Below are positions 1-11,849 of a stretch of 64,000 nt of DNA, piece after piece. Position 1 is the stretch's first letter. Every line of letters begins with the position of its first letter. The DNA is taken from contig OZ024744.1 in assembly GCA_964016885.1 (NCBI GenBank), forward strand, positions 134,292,001-134,356,000, written 5' to 3'. The notes under the pieces were generated by a model. The model made no database searches, had not been told where the DNA came from, and was given only the letters and a program-made list of their open reading frames with translations. This stretch comes from Eledone cirrhosa (taxonomy: Eukaryota). The translations under genes were made by a program, and so were the position numbers.

Positions 1-2368
1 TGGGGCTAGGTTAAGTTGGGGCTGAGTTAAGTTGGGGTTAAGTTAAGTTGGGGTTAAGTTAAGTTGGGGTTAATTTAAGTTGGGGTTTATTTAAGTTGGG
101 GTTACGTTAAGTTGGTGTTAAGTTAAGTTGGGGTTAATTTAAGTTGGGGTTAATTAAGTTGGGGTTAAGTTAAGTTGGGGTTAAGTTAAGTTGGGGTTAA
201 GTTAAGTTGGGGTTCAGTTAAGTTGGGTATAAGTTAAGTTGGGTATAAGTTAAGTTGGGGTTAAGTTAAGTTGGGGTTAAGTTAAGTTGGTGTTAAGTTA
301 AGTTGGGGCTAAGTTAAGTTGGGGCTGAGTTAAGTTGGGGCTGAGTTAAGTTGGGGTTAAGTTAAGTTGGGGTCAAGTTAAGTTGGGGTTAAGTTGGGGT
401 TAAGTTAAGTTAGGTTTAAGTTAAGATGGGGTTAAGTTAAGTTGGGGTTAAGTTAAGTTGGGGTTAAGTTAATTTGTGGTTAATTTAAGTTGGGGTTAAG
501 TTAAGTTGGGGTTAAGTTAAGTTGGGGTTAAGTTAAGTCGGGGTTAAGTTAAGTTGGGGTTAAGTTAAGTTGGGGTTAATTTAAGTTGGGGTTAAGTTAA
601 GTTGGGGTCAAGTTAAGTTGGGGTTAAGTTGGGGTTAAGTTAAGTTAGGTTTAAGTTAAGTTGGGGTTAAGTTAAGTTGGGGTTAAGTTAAGTTGGGGTT
701 AAGTTAAGTTGGGGTTAAGTTAAGTTGGGGTTAAGTTAATTTGTGGTTAAGTTAAGTTGGGGTTAAGTTAAGTTGGGGTTAAGTTAAGTTGGGGTTAAGT
801 TAAGTCGGGGTTAAGTTAAGTTGGGGTTAAGTTAAGTTGGGGTTAATTTAAGTTGGGGTTAAGTTAAGTTGGGGTTAAGTTAAGTTGGGGTTAAATTAAG
901 TTGGGGTTAAGTTAAGTTGGGGTTAAGTCAAGTTGGGGTTAAGTTAAGTTGGGGATAAGTTAAGTTGGGGATAATTTAAGTTGGGGTTAAGTTAAGTTGG
1001 GTTTAAGTTAAGTTGGGGTTAAGTTAAGTTGGGGTTAAGTTAAGTTGGGGTTAAGTTAAGTTGGGGTTAAGTTAAGTTGGGGTTAAGTTAAGTTGGGGCT
1101 AAGTTAAGTTGGGGCTGAGTTAAGTTGGGGTTAAGTTAAGTTGGGCTTAATTTAAGTCGGGGTTAAGTTAAGTTAGGGTTCAGTTAAGTTGGGGTTAAGT
1201 TAAGTTGGGGTTAAGTTAAGTTGGGGTTAAGTTAAGTCGGGGTTAAGTTAAGTTGGGGTTAAGTTAAGTTGGGGTTAAGTTAAGTCGGGGTTAAGTTAAG
1301 TTGGGGTTAAGTTAAGTTGGGGTTAATTTAAGTTGGGGTTAAGTTAAGTTGGGGTTAAGTTAAGTTGGGGTTAAGTTAAGATGGGGTTAATTTAAGTTGG
1401 GGTTAAGTTAAGTTGAGGTTAAGTTATGTTGGGGTTAAATTAAGTTGGGGTTAAGTTAAGTTGGGGTTAAGTCAAGTTGGGGTTAAGTTAAGTTGGGGAT
1501 AAGTTAAGTTGGGGATAATTTAAGTTGGGTTTAAGTTAAGTTGGGGTTAAGTTGAGTTGGGGTTAAGTTAAGTTGGGGTTAAGTTAAGTTGGGGTTAATT
1601 TAAGTTGGGGCTAAGTTAAGTTGGGACTGAGTTAAGTTGGGGTTAAGTTAAGTTGGGGTTAAGTTAAGTTGGGGTTAAGTTAAGTTGGAGTTTATTTAAG
1701 TTGGGGTTAAGTTAAGTTGGGGTTCAGTTAAGTTGGGGTTAAGTTAAGTTGGGGTTAAGATGGGGTTAAATTAAGTTGGGGTTAAGTTAAGTTGGGGTTA
1801 AGTTAAGTTGGGGTTAAGTTAAGTCGGGGTTAAGTTAAGTCGGGGTTAAGTTAAGTTAGGGTTCAGTTAAGTTGGGGTTAAGTTAAGTTGGGGTTGAGTT
1901 AAGTTGGGGTTGAGTTAAATTGGGGTTGAGTTAAGTTGGGGTTGAGTTAAGTTGGTGTTGAGTTAAGTTGGGGTTAAGTTAAGTTGGGGTTAAGTTAATT
2001 TGTGGTTAAGTTAAGTTGGGGTTAAGTTAAGTTGGGGTTAAGTTAAGTTGGGGTTAAGTTAAGTCGGGGTTAAGTTAAGTTGGGGTTGAGTTAAGTTGGG
2101 GTTAATTTAAGTTGGGGTTAAGTTAAGTTGGGGTTAAGTTAAGTTGGGGTTAAGTTAAGTTGGGGTTAAGTTAAGTTGGGGTTAAGTTAAGTTGAGGTTA
2201 AGTTAAGTTGGGGTTAAATTAAGTTGGGGATAAGTTAAGTTGGGGATAATTTAAGTTGGGGTTAAGTTAAGTTGGGTTTAAGTTAAGTTGGGGTTAAGTT
2301 AAGTTGGGGATAAGTTAAGTTGGGGTTAAGTTAAGTTGGGTTTAAGTTAAGTTGGGGTTAAGTTAAGT
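1..2368 (+). repeat. One complete ~2.37-kb higher-order repeat unit
   Basis: Marker GCTAGG (C at 6, then 2374) and TTTATTTAAGTTGGGGTTACGTTAAGTTGGTG (C at 105, then 2473) both recur at +2368, with the same ordered variants following each. Confidence 0.9.
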
Positions 2369-4656
2369 TGGGGCTAGGTTAAGTTGGGGCTGAGTTAAGT
2401 TGGGGTTAAGTTAAGTTGGGGTTAAGTTAAGTTGGGGTTAATTTAAGTTGGGGTTTATTTAAGTTGGGGTTACGTTAAGTTGGTGTTAAGTTAAGTTGGG
2501 GTTAATTTAAGTTGGGGTTAATTAAGTTGGGGTTAAGTTAAGTTGGGGTTAAGTTAAGTTGGGGTTAAGTTAAGTTGGGGTTCAGTTAAGTTGGGTATAA
2601 GTTAAGTTGGGTATAAGTTAAGTTGGGGTTAAGTTAAGTTGGGGTTAAGTTAAGTTGGTGTTAAGTTAAGTTGGGGCTAAGTTAAGTTGGGGCTGAGTTA
2701 AGTTGGGGCTGAGTTAAGTTGGGGTTAAGTTAAGTTGGGGTCAAGTTAAGTTGGGGTTAAGTTGGGGTTAAGTTAAGTTAGGTTTAAGTTAAGATGGGGT
2801 TAAGTTAAGTTGGGGTTAAGTTAAGTTGGGGTTAAGTTAATTTGTGGTTAATTTAAGTTGGGGTTAAGTTAAGTTGGGGTTAAGTTAAGTCGGGGTTAAG
2901 TTAAGTTGGGGTTAAGTTAAGTTGGGGTTAATTTAAGTTGGGGTTAAGTTAAGTTGGGGTTAAGTTAAGTTGGGGTTAAATTAAGTTGGGGTTAAGTTAA
3001 GTTGGGGTTAAGTCAAGTTGGGGTTAAGTTAAGTTGGGGATAAGTTAAGTTGGGGATAATTTAAGTTGGGGTTAAGTTAAGTTGGGTTTAAGTTAAGTTG
3101 GGGTTAAGTTAAGTTGGGGTTAAGTTAAGTTGGGGTTAAGTTAAGTTGGGGTTAAGTTAAGTTGGGGTTAAGTTAAGTTGGGGCTAAGTTAAGTTGGGGC
3201 TGAGTTAAGTTGGGGTTAAGTTAAGTTGGGCTTAATTTAAGTCGGGGTTAAGTTAAGTTAGGGTTCAGTTAAGTTGGGGTTAAGTTAAGTTGGGGTTAAG
3301 TTAAGTTGGGGTTAAGTTAAGTCGGGGTTAAGTTAAGTTGGGGTTAAGTTAAGTTGGGGTTAAGTTAAGTCGGGGTTAAGTTAAGTTGGGGTTAAGTTAA
3401 GTTGGGGTTAATTTAAGTTGGGGTTAAGTTAAGTTGGGGTTAAGTTAAGTTGGGGTTAAGTTAAGATGGGGTTAATTTAAGTTGGGGTTAAGTTAAGTTG
3501 AGGTTAAGTTATGTTGGGGTTAAATTAAGTTGGGGTTAAGTTAAGTTGGGGTTAAGTCAAGTTGGGGTTAAGTTAAGTTGGGGATAAGTTAAGTTGGGGA
3601 TAATTTAAGTTGGGTTTAAGTTAAGTTGGGGTTAAGTTGAGTTGGGGTTAAGTTAAGTTGGGGTTAAGTTAAGTTGGGGTTAATTTAAGTTGGGGCTAAG
3701 TTAAGTTGGGACTGAGTTAAGTTGGGGTTAAGTTAAGTTGGGGTTAAGTTAAGTTGGGGTTAAGTTAAGTTGGAGTTTATTTAAGTTGGGGTTAAGTTAA
3801 GTTGGGGTTCAGTTACGTTGGGGTTAAGTTAAGTTGGGGTTAAGATGGGGTTAAATTAAGTTGGGGTTAAGTTAAGTTGGGGTTAAGTTAAGTTGGGGTT
3901 AATTTAAGTTGGGGCTAAGTTAAGTTGGGACTGAGTTAAGTTGGGGTTAAGTTAAGTTGGGGTTAAGTTAAGTTGGAGTTTATTTAAGTTGGGGTTAAGT
4001 TAAGTTGGGGTTCAGTTAAGTTGGGGTTAAGTTAAGTTGGGGTTAAGATGGGGTTAAATTAAGTTGGGGTTAAGTTAAGTTGGGGTTAAGTTAAGTTGGG
4101 GTTAAGTTAAGTCGGGGTTAAGTTAAGTCGGGGTTAAGTTAAGTTAGGGTTCAGTTAAGTTGGGGTTAAGTTAAGTTGGGGTTGAGTTAAGTTGGGGTTG
4201 AGTTAAATTGGGGTTGAGTTAAGTTGGGGTTGAGTTAAGTTGGTCTTGAGTTAAGTTGGGGTTAAGTTAAGTTGGGGTTAAGTTAATTTGTGGTTAAGTT
4301 AAGTTGGGGTTAAGTTAAGTTGGGGTTAAGTTAAGTTGGGGTTAAGTTAAGTCGGGGTTAAGTTAAGTTGGGGTTGAGTTAAGTTGGGGTTAATTTAAGT
4401 TGGGGTTAAGTTAAGTTGGGGTTAAGTTAAGTTGGGGTTAAGTTAAGTTGGGGTTAAGTTAAGTTGGGGTTAAGTTAAGTTGAGGTTAAGTTAAGTTGGG
4501 GTTAAATTAAGTTGGGGATAAGTTAAGTTGGGGATAATTTAAGTTGGGGTTAAGTTAAGTTGGGTTTAAGTTAAGTTGGGGTTAAGTTAAGTTGGGGATA
4601 AGTTAAGTTGGGGTTAAGTTAAGTTGGGTTTAAGTTAAGTTGGGGTTAAGTTAAGT
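2369..4656 (+). repeat. Second HOR unit (2,288 bp): internal deletion of ~283 bp plus internal duplication of net ~203 bp relative to unit 1
   Basis: GCTAGG at 2374 and 4662; TTACG at 2473 and 4761. It lacks the second GTCAA/11-mer/AGGTTT block and carries GGGACTGAG...GGAGTTTATTT twice (3711, 3930). Confidence 0.85.
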
Positions 4657-7600
4657 TGGGGCTAGGTTAAGTTGGGGCTGAGTTAAGTTGGGGTTAAGTT
4701 AAGTTGGGGTTAAGTTAAGTTGGGGTTAATTTAAGTTGGGGTTTATTTAAGTTGGGGTTACGTTAAGTTGGTGTTAAGTTAAGTTGGGGTTAATTTAAGT
4801 TGGGGTTAATTAAGTTGGGGTTAAGTTAAGTTGGGGTTAAGTTAAGTTGGGGTTAAGTTAAGTTGGGGTTCAGTTAAGTTGGGTATAAGTTAAGTTGGGT
4901 ATAAGTTAAGTTGGGGTTAAGTTAAGTTGGGGTTAAGTTAAGTTGGTGTTAAGTTAAGTTGGGGCTAAGTTAAGTTGGGGCTGAGTTAAGTTGGGGCTGA
5001 GTTAAGTTGGGGTTAAGTTAAGTTGGGGTCAAGTTAAGTTGGGGTTAAGTTGGGGTTAAGTTAAGTTAGGTTTAAGTTAAGATGGGGTTAAGTTAAGTTG
5101 GGGTTAAGTTAAGTTGGGGTTAAGTTAATTTGTGGTTAATTTAAGTTGGGGTTAAGTTAAGTTGGGGTTAAGTTAAGTTGGGGTTAAGTTAAGTCGGGGT
5201 TAAGTTAAGTTGGGGTTAAGTTAAGTTGGGGTTAATTTAAGTTGGGGTTAAGTTAAGTTGGGGTCAAGTTAAGTTGGGGTTAAGTTGGGGTTAAGTTAAG
5301 TTAGGTTTAAGTTAAGTTGGGGTTAAGTTAAGTTGGGGTTAAGTTAAGTTGGGGTTAAGTTAAGTTGGGGTTAAGTTAAGTTGGGGTTAAGTTAATTTGT
5401 GGTTAAGTTAAGTTGGGGTTAAGTTAAGTTGGGGTTAAGTTAAGTTGGGGTTAAGTTAAGTCGGGGTTAAGTTAAGTTGGGGTTAAGTTAAGTTGGGGTT
5501 AAGTTAAGTTGGGGTTAAGTCAAGTTGGGGTTAAGTTAAGTTGGGGATAAGTTAAGTTGGGGATAATTTAAGTTGGGGTTAAGTTAAGTTGGGTTTAAGT
5601 TAAGTTGGGGTTAAGTTAAGTTGGGGTTAAGTTAAGTTGGGGTTAAGTTAAGTTGGGGTTAAGTTAAGTTGGGGCTAAGTTAAGTTGGGGCTGAGTTAAG
5701 TTGGGGTTAAGTTAAGTTGGGCTTAATTTAAGTCGGGGTTAAGTTAAGTTAGGGTTCAGTTAAGTTGGGGTTAAGTTAAGTTGGGGTTAAGTTAAGTTGG
5801 GGTTAAGTTAAGTCGGGGTTAAGTTAAGTTGGGGTTAAGTTAAGTTGGGGTTAAGTTAAGTCGGGGTTAAGTTAAGTTGGGGTTAAGTTAAGTTGGGGTT
5901 AATTTAAGTTGGGGTTAAGTTAAGTTGGGGTTAAGTTAAGTTGGGGTTAAGTTAAGATGGGGTTAATTTAAGTTGGGGTTAAGTTAAGTTGAGGTTAAGT
6001 TAAGTTGGGGTTAAATTAAGTTGGGGTTAAGTTAAGTTGGGGTTAAGTCAAGTTGGGGTTAAGTTAAGTTGGGGATAAGTTAAGTTGGGGATAATTTAAG
6101 TTGGGTTTAAGTTAAGTTGGGGTTAAGTTGAGTTGGGGTTAAGTTAAGTTGGGGTTAAGTTAAGTTGGGGTTAATTTAAGTTGGGGCTAAGTTAAGTTGG
6201 GACTGAGTTAAGTTGGGGTTAAGTTAAGTTGGGGTTAAGTTAAGTTGGGGTTAAGTTAAGTTGGAGTTTATTTAAGTTGGGGTTAAGTTAAGTTGGGGTT
6301 CAGTTAAGTTGGGGTTAAGTTAAGTTGGGGTTAAGATGGGGTTAAATTAAGTTGGGGTTAAGTTAAGTTGGGGTTAAGTTAAGTTGGGGTTAAGTTAAGT
6401 CGGGGTTAAGTTAAGTCGGGGTTAAGTTAAGTTAGGGTTCAGTTAAGTTGGGGTTAAGTTAAGTTGGGGTTGAGTTAAGTTGGGGTTGAGTTAAATTGGG
6501 GTTGAGTTAAGTTGGGGTTGAGTTAAGTTGGTGTTGAGTTAAGTTGGGGTTAAGTTAAGTTGGGGTTAAGTTAATTTGTGGTTAAGTTAAGTTGGGGTTA
6601 AGTTAAGTTGGGGTTAAGTTAAGTTGGGGTTAAGTTAAGTCGGGGTTAAGTTAAGTTGGGGTTGAGTTAAGTTGGGGTTAATTTAAGTTGGGGTTAAGTT
6701 AAGTTGGGGTTAAGTTAAGTTGGGGTTAAGTTAAGTTGGGGTTAAGTTAAGTTGGGCTTAAGTTAAGTTGAGGTTAAGTTAAGTTGGGGTTAAATTAAGT
6801 TGGGGTTAAGTTAAGTTGGGGTTAAGTTAAGTTGGGGTTAAGTTAAGTTGGGGATAAGTTAAGTTGGGGTTAAGTTAAGTTGGGGTTAAGTTAAGTTGGG
6901 GTTAAGTTAAGTTGGGGTTAAGTTAAGTCGGGGTTAAGTTAAGTTGGGGTTAAGTTAAGTTGGGGTTAACTTAAGTTGGGGTTAAGTTAAGTTGGGGTCA
7001 AGTTAAGTTGGGGTTAAGTTGGGGTTAAGTTAAGTTAGGTTTAAGTTAAGTTGGGGTTAAGTTAAGTTGGGGTTAAGTTAAGTTGGGGTTAAGTTAAGTT
7101 GGGGTTAAGTTAATTTGTGGTTAAGTTAAGTTGGGGTTAAGTTAAGTTGGGGTTAAGTTAAGTTGGGGTTAAGTTAAGTCGGAGTTAATTTAAGTTGGGG
7201 TTAAGTTAAGTTGGGGTTAATTTAAGTTGGGGTTAAGTTAAGTTGGGGTTAAGTTAAGTTGGGGTTAAATTAAGTTGGGGTTAAGTTAAGTTGGGGTTAA
7301 GTCAAGTTGGGGTTAAGTTAAGTTGGGGATAAGTTAAGTTGGGGATAATTTAAGTTGGGGTTAAGTTAAGTTGGGTTTAAGTTAAGTTGGGGTTCAGTTA
7401 AGTTGGGGTTAAGTTAAGTTGGGGTTAAGTTAAGTTGGGGTTAAGTTAAGTTGGGGCTGAGTTAAGTTGGGGTTAAGTTAAGTTGGGCTTAATTTAAGTC
7501 GGGGTTAAGTTAAGTTAGGGTTCAGTTAAGTTGGGGTTAAGTTAAGTTGGGGTTGAGTTAAGTTGGGGTTGAGTTAAATTGGGGTTGAGTTAAGTTGGGG

Positions 7601-7989
7601 TTGAGTTAAGTTGGTGTTGAGTTAAGTTGGGGTTAAGTTAAGTTGGGGTTAAGTTAAGTTGCAGTTAAGTTAAGTTGAGGTTAAGTTAAGGTGCGGTTAA
7701 GTTAAGTTGGGGTTAAGTTAAGTTGGGGCTAAGTTAAGTTGGGGCTAAGTTAAGTTGGGGCTAAGTTAAGTTGGGGTTAAGTTAAGTTGGGGTTAAGTTA
7801 AGTTGGGGTTAATTTAAGTTGGGGTTAAGTTAAGTTGGGGTTAAGTTAAGTTGGGGTTAAGTTAAGTTGGGGTTAAGTTAAGTCGGGGTTAAGTTAAGTC
7901 GGGGTTAAGTTAAGTTAGGGTTCAGTTAAGTTGGGGTTAAGTTAAGTTGGGGTTGAGTTAAGTTGGTGTTGAGTTAAGTTGTGGTTAAG

Positions 7990-8730
7990 TTAAGTTGGGG
8001 TTAAGTTAATTTGTGGTTAAGTTAAGTTGGGGTTAAGTTAAGTTGGGGTTAAGTTAAGTTGGGGTTAAGTTAAGTCGGGGTTAAGTTAAGTTGGGGTTGA
8101 GTTAAGTTGGGGTTAATTTAAGTTGGGGTTAAGTTAAGTTGGGGTTAAGTTAAGTTGGGGTTAAGTTAAGTTGGGGTTAAGTTAAGTTGGGGTTAAGTTA
8201 AGTTGAGGTTAAGTTAAGTTGGGGTTAAATTAAGTTGGGGTTAAGTTAAGTTGGGGTTAAGTTAAGTTGGGGTTAAGTTAAGTTGGGGATAAGTTAAGTT
8301 GGGGATAATTTAAGTTGGGGTTAAGTTAAGTTGGGTTTAAGTTAAGTTGGGGTTAAGTTAAGTTGGGGTTAAGTTAATTTGTGGTTAAGTTAAGTTGGGG
8401 TTAAGTTAAGTTGGGGTTAAGTTAAGTTGGGGTTAAGTTAAGTCGGGGTTAAGTTAAGTTGGGGTTGAGTTAAGTTGGGGTTAATTTAAGTTGGGGTTAA
8501 GTTAAGTTGGGGTTAAGTTAAGTTGGGGTTAAGTTAAGTTGGGGTTAAGTTAAGTTGGGGTTAAGTTAAGTTGAGGTTAAGTTAAGTTGGGGTTAAATTA
8601 AGTTGGGGTTAAGTTAAGTTGGGGTTAAGTTAAGTTGGGGTTAAGTTAAGTTGGGGATAAGTTAAGTTGGGGATAATTTAAGTTGGGGTTAAGTTAAGTT
8701 GGGTTTAAGTTAAGTTGGGGTTAAGTTAAG
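7990..8730 (+). repeat. Local tandem duplication, 368 bp (23 monomers)
   Basis: TTTGTGG at ~8013 and ~8381; TTGAGG at 8206 and 8574; same offset. Confidence 0.75.
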
Positions 8731-11700
8731 TTGGGGATAAGTTAAGTTGGGGTTAAGTTAAGTTGGGGTTAAGTTAAGTTGGGGTTAAGTTGGGGCTAAG
8801 TTAAGTTGGGGCTGAGTTAAGTTGGGGTTAAGTTAAGTTGGGGTTAAGTTAAGTTGGGGTTAATTTAAGTTGGGGTTTATTTAAGTTGGGGTTACGTTAA
8901 GTTGGTGTTAAGTTAAATTGGGGTTAATTTAAGTTGGGGTTGAGTTAAGTTGGGGTTAAGTTAAGTTGGGGTTATATTAAGTTGGGGTTAAGTTAAGTTG
9001 GGGTTCAGTTAAGTTGGGTATAAGTTAAGTTGGGGTTAAGTTAAGTTGGGGTTAAGTTAAGTTGGGGTTAAGTTAAGTTGGTGTTAAGTTAAGTTGGGGC
9101 TGAGTTAAGTTGGGGCTGAGTTAAGTTGGGGCTGAGTTAAGTTGGGGTTAAGTTAAGTTGGGGTCAAGTTAAGTTGGGGTTAAGTTGGGGTTAAGTTAAG
9201 TTAGGTTTAAGTTAAGATGGGGTTAAGTTAAGTTGGGGTTAAGTTAAGTTGGGGTTAAGTTAATTTGTGGTTAAGTTAAGTTGGGGTTAAGTTAAGTTGG
9301 GGTTAAGTTAAGTTGGGGTTAAGTTAAGTCGGGGTTAAGTTAAGTTGGGGTTAAGTTAAGTTGGGGTTAATTTAAGTTGGGGTTAAGTTAAGTTGGGGTC
9401 AAGTTAAGTTGGGGTTAAGTTGGGGTTAAGTTAAGTTAGGTTTAAGTTAAGTTGGGGTTAAGTTAAGTTGGGGTTAAGTTAAGTTGGGGTTAAGTTAATT
9501 TGTGGTTAAGTTAAGTTGGGGTTAAGTTAAGTTGGGGTTAAGTTAAGTTGGGGTTAAGTTAAGTCGGGGTTAAGTTAAGTTGGGGTTAAGTTAAGTTGGG
9601 GTTAATTTAAGTTGGGGTTAAGTTAAGTTGGGGTTAAGTTAAGTTGGGGTTAATTTAAGTTGGGGTTAAGTTAAGTTGGGGTTAAGTTAAGTTGGGGTTA
9701 AGTTAAGTTGGGGTTAAGTTAAGTTGGGGCTAAGTTAAGTTGGGGCTGAGTTAAGTTGGGGTTAAGTAAAGTTGGGCTTAATTTAAGTCGGGGTTAAGTT
9801 AAGTTAGGGTTCAGTTAAGTTGGGGTTAAGTTAAGTTGGGGTTAAGTTAAGTTGGGGTTAAGTTAAGTCGGGGTTAAGTTAAGTTGGGGTTAAGTTAAGT
9901 TGGGGTTAAGTTAAGTCGGGGTTAAGTTAAGTTGGGGTTAAGTTAAGTTGGGGTTAATTTAAGTTGGGGTTAAGTTAAGTTGGGGTTAAGTTAAGTTGGG
10001 GTTAAGTTAAGATGGGGTTAATTTAAGTTGGGGTTAAGTTAAGTTGAGGTTAAGTTAAGTTGGGGTTAAATTAAGTTGGGGTTAAGTTAAGTTGGGGTTA
10101 AGTCAAGTTGGGGTTAAGTTAAGTTGGGGATAAGTTAAGTTGGGGATAATTTAAGTTGGGTTTAAGTTAAGTTGGGGTTAAGTTGAGTTGGGGTTAAGTT
10201 AAGTTGGGGTTAAGTTAAGTTAGGGTTAATTTAAGTTGGGGCTAAGTTAAGTTGGGACTGAGTTAAGTTGGGGTTAAGTTAAGTTGGGGTTAAGTTAAGT
10301 TGGGGTTAAGTTAAGTTGGAGTTTATTTAAGTTGGGGTTAAGTTAAGTTGGGGTTAAGATGGGGTTAAATTAAGTTGGGGTTAAGTTAAGTTGGGGTTAA
10401 GTTAAGTTGGGGTTAAGTTAAGTTGGGGTTAAGTTAAGTCGGGGTTAAGTTAAGTCGGGGTTAAGTTAAGTTAGGGTTCAGTTAAGTTGGGGTTAAGTTA
10501 AGTTGGGGTTAAGTTAAGTTGGGGTTGAGTTAAATTGGGGTTGAGTTAAGTTGGGGTTGAGATAAGTTGGTGTTGAGTTAAGTTGGGGTTAAGTTAAGTT
10601 GGGGTTAAGTTAATTTGTGGTTAAGTTAAGTTGGGGTTAAGTTAAGTTGGGGTTAAGTTAAGTTGGGGTTAAGTTAAGTCGGGGTTAAGTTAAGTTGGGG
10701 TTGAGTTAAGTTGGGGTTAATTTAAGTTGGGGTTAAGTTAAGTTGGGGTTAAGTTAAGTTGGGGTTAAGTTAAGTTGGGGTTAAGTTAAGTTGGGGTTAA
10801 GTTAAGTTGAGGTTAAGTTAAGTTGGGGTTAAATTAAGTTGGGGTTAAGTTAAGTTGGGGTTAAGTTAAGTTGGGGTTAAGTTAAGTTGGGGATAAGTTA
10901 AGTTGGGGATAATTTAAGTTGGGGTTAAGTTAAGTTGGGTTTAAGTTAAGTTGGGGTTAAGTTAAGTTGGGGATAAGTTAAGTTGGGGTTAAGTTAAGTT
11001 GGGGTTAAGTTAAGTTGTGGTTAAGTTGGGGCTAAGTTAAGTTGGGGCTGAGTTAAGTTGGGGTTAAGTTAAGTTGGGGTTAAGTTAAGTTGGGGTTTAT
11101 TTAAGTTGGGGTTTATTTAAGTTGGGGTTACGTTAAGTTGGTGTTAAGTTAAGTTGGGGTTAATTTAAGTTGGGGTTAATTAAGTTGGGGTTAAGTTAAG
11201 TTGGGGTTAAGTTAAGTTGGGGTTAATTTAAGTTGGGGTTGAGTTAAGTTGGGGTTAAGTTAAGTTGGGGTTATATTAAGTTGGGGTTAAGTTAAGTTGG
11301 GGTTCAGTTAAGTTGGGTATAAGTTAAGTTGGGGTTAAGTTAAGTTGGGGTTAAGTTAAGTTGGGGTTAAGTTAAGTTGGTGTTAAGTTAAGTTGGGGCT
11401 AAGTTAAGTTGGGGCTGAGTTAAGTTGGGGCTGAGTTAAGTTGGGGTTAAGTTAAGTTGGGGTCAAGTTAAGTTGGGGTTAAGTTGGGGTTAAGTTAAGT
11501 TAGGTTTAAGTTAAGATGGGGTTAAGTTAAGTTGGGGTTAAGTTAAGTTGGGGTTAAGTTAATTTGTGGTTAAGTTAAGTTGGGGTTAAGTTAAGTTGGG
11601 GTTAAGTTAAGTTGGGGTTAAGTTAAGTCGGGGTTAAGTTAAGTTGGGGTTAAGTTAAGTTGGGGTTAATTTAAGTTGGGGTTAAGTTAAGTTGGGGTCA

Positions 11701-11849
11701 AGTTAAGTTGGGGTTAAGTTGGGGTTAAGTTAAGTTAGGTTTAAGTTAAGTTGGGGTTAAGTTAAGTTGGGGTTAAGTTAAGTTGGGGTTAAGTTAAGTT
11801 GGGGTTAAGTTAAGTTGGGGTTAAGTTAATTTGTGGTTAAGTTAAGTTG

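Noticed and set aside
95-160. TATA-like, homeobox-like (TTAATTAA) or CpG-containing variants as regulatory sites
   Set aside because: Each is one or two mutations from the consensus monomer and there is no gene context; function cannot be supported from sequence.
1855-1865. Scattered TTAGGG (in TTAGGGTTCAG) and TTAGG motifs as true telomeric repeats
   Set aside because: They are isolated single-base variants of TTGGGG or TTAAG and never occur in tandem.
1-2368. Nucleosome-length (about 150-180 bp) periodicity
   Set aside because: Observed duplication sizes (59, 91, 144, 155, 192, 219, 368 bp and larger) show no consistent nucleosomal multiple by eye.
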